The position numbers and the translations under genes were made by a program. DNA of 64,000 nt, taken from assembly GCA_964597275.1 (NCBI GenBank), contig CAZQXS010000002.1, positions 191-64,190 of the forward strand, in the 5' to 3' direction. Under the pieces are notes generated by a model. That model made no database searches. It had not been told where the DNA came from and worked only from the letters and a program-made list of their open reading frames with translations. Positions within the stretch are counted from its first letter, which is position 1; each line of letters opens with the position of its first letter. Source of the stretch: an uncultured Pseudomonadota bacterium. GTDB lineage: Bacteria > SAR324 > NAC60-12. This document shows, piece after piece, positions 63,212 to 64,000 of this stretch.

Positions 63212-64000
63212 ATGTCCCAACCCGACATTGCGATCATCGGCGGCGGCATCATCGGGTCCGCCCTCGCATACTTTCTGGCGCGGAGCGGACGGGCGGGGGC
63301 CATCGTGGTGCTGGAAGCTGATCTCGATTATCAACGGGCGACCACCCCCACAGGCGCGGGCGGCATCCGGCAGTTGTTCAGCCTTCCGGAAAATATCTGG
63401 ATGTCGCAGCACTCGCTTCAGTTCTACCGGGAGTTTGCCGAGACGATGGCACTGGACGGGACGACGGCGGACATTGATTTTGAGCAGCGCGGCTACCTGT
63501 TTGTGGTGGTCGAATCCGGGACCAAGCAACTGGAGGCCAACCATCGGCTGCAAGTGTCGCAGGGGGTGAACGCCCAACTGCTGACCCGGGCGGAACTGCA
63601 AACCCGCTTTCCCTCGCTGGGGCTGGACAACATCGCGCTCGGCTGCTTTTCCCCGGACGATGGCACGATCACGACCACCAAGGCGTTGCAGGGGTTCCGC
63701 CGCCAAGCCGAAGCCTTGGGCGTGACTTACCGACAAGCACGGGTGGCCGGATTGGAGTTCGCCAACGGACGGGTGCAGTCCGCCTTGCTGGACGGAGGGG
63801 AGACTGTCAGGGCCAAGGCGTTTGCGTGTGCGGCAGGGGCGTGGTCTCAGGAGGTAGTGGCGATGGCCGGGTTGCCGCTTCCGGTGGTGCCGCTCTGCCG
63901 CGTCAAGCACTACTGGGAGTGCGATTCAGTAACCGAGCCGCTCCCGCTCGTCAAGGACGAATCCGGGATGTTCTTTCGTCCGCAAGGCGCGGGCTTTGTG
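63212..64000 (+). CDS. FAD-dependent oxidoreductase (DAO family), partial; runs off window end
   Basis: ATG at 63212: MSQPDIAIIGGGIIGSALAYFLAR... (GxGxxG dinucleotide fold). Not in ORF track because no stop lies within the window. Confidence 0.6.
   Translation, partial: MSQPDIAIIGGGIIGSALAYFLARSGRAGAIVVLEADLDYQRATTPTGAGGIRQLFSLPENIWMSQHSLQFYREFAETMALDGTTADIDFEQRGYLFVVVESGTKQLEANHRLQVSQGVNAQLLTRAELQTRFPSLGLDNIALGCFSPDDGTITTTKALQGFRRQAEALGVTYRQARVAGLEFANGRVQSALLDGGETVRAKAFACAAGAWSQEVVAMAGLPLPVVPLCRVKHYWECDSVTEPLPLVKDESGMFFRPQGAGFV

Noticed and set aside
1-64000. tRNA/rRNA genes, CRISPR arrays, transposases and integrases
   Set aside because: No cloverleaf-like conserved tRNA segments were found in any intergenic gap. 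There are no direct-repeat/spacer arrays; the only repeats are palindromic REP-like units. No ORF has transposase, integrase or recombinase motifs. The low-GC islets (glycosyltransferase, hicAB, DUF4258/YgiT) lack flanking mobility genes.

Overview
This is a high-GC (about 60%), densely coding chromosomal segment. OmpH/Skp, TonB and NuoA-I mark the organism as Gram-negative-type. It uses occasional TTG starts and has many 4-bp ATGA gene overlaps. There are no rRNA, tRNA, CRISPR, transposase or integrase genes. Housekeeping genes include lysA, pyk, cobQ, mutL, metG, yhbY, gatC, fabZ, skp, upp and a long ThyX. Several features stand out: (1) a yeaH-spoVR-prkA stress module in non-canonical order with an 845-aa PrkA; (2) an AT-rich islet with a PMT/ArnT-like GT-C glycosyltransferase; (3) two catabolic islands, each built around an amber-less MttB-superfamily methyltransferase homologue. 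The first island adds a class III aminotransferase, a TMADH/DgcA-like FMN-FeS dehydrogenase, a PotABCD-type transporter, an agmatinase-family ureohydrolase and a Rieske oxygenase. The second adds a Dpp-type ABC transporter, two SDRs, an Asp/Glu/hydantoin-racemase-family protein, a DapA-family lyase, an ALDH and a PuuB-like FAD oxidase. This looks like an N-methylated / quaternary amine or guanidino-amine degradation system, with no cognate corrinoid protein in the window. (4) A bacterial URC-type pyrimidine catabolism cluster: URC1-like GTP cyclohydrolase II paralogue, URC4/DUF1688 and UPRT. (5) A partial complex-I operon nuoABCD...nuoHI lacking nuoEFG and nuoJKLMN. In place of nuoEFG it carries a PLP threonine-dehydratase-like gene, a low-GC DUF4258/YgiT-zinc-finger toxin-antitoxin pair and a lone DUF1989 protein. 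(6) A low-GC HicAB module whose hicA toxin carries an amber nonsense mutation at a conserved Tyr, and a PLP-enzyme pseudogene with an in-frame TAG plus a frameshift. (7) Three families of dispersed palindromic REP-like repeats. They generate the characteristic spurious 'LSLSKG', 'VIPAQAGIQ' and 'VGAGHARESR' peptide ORFs and inflate several N-termini in the ORF track.
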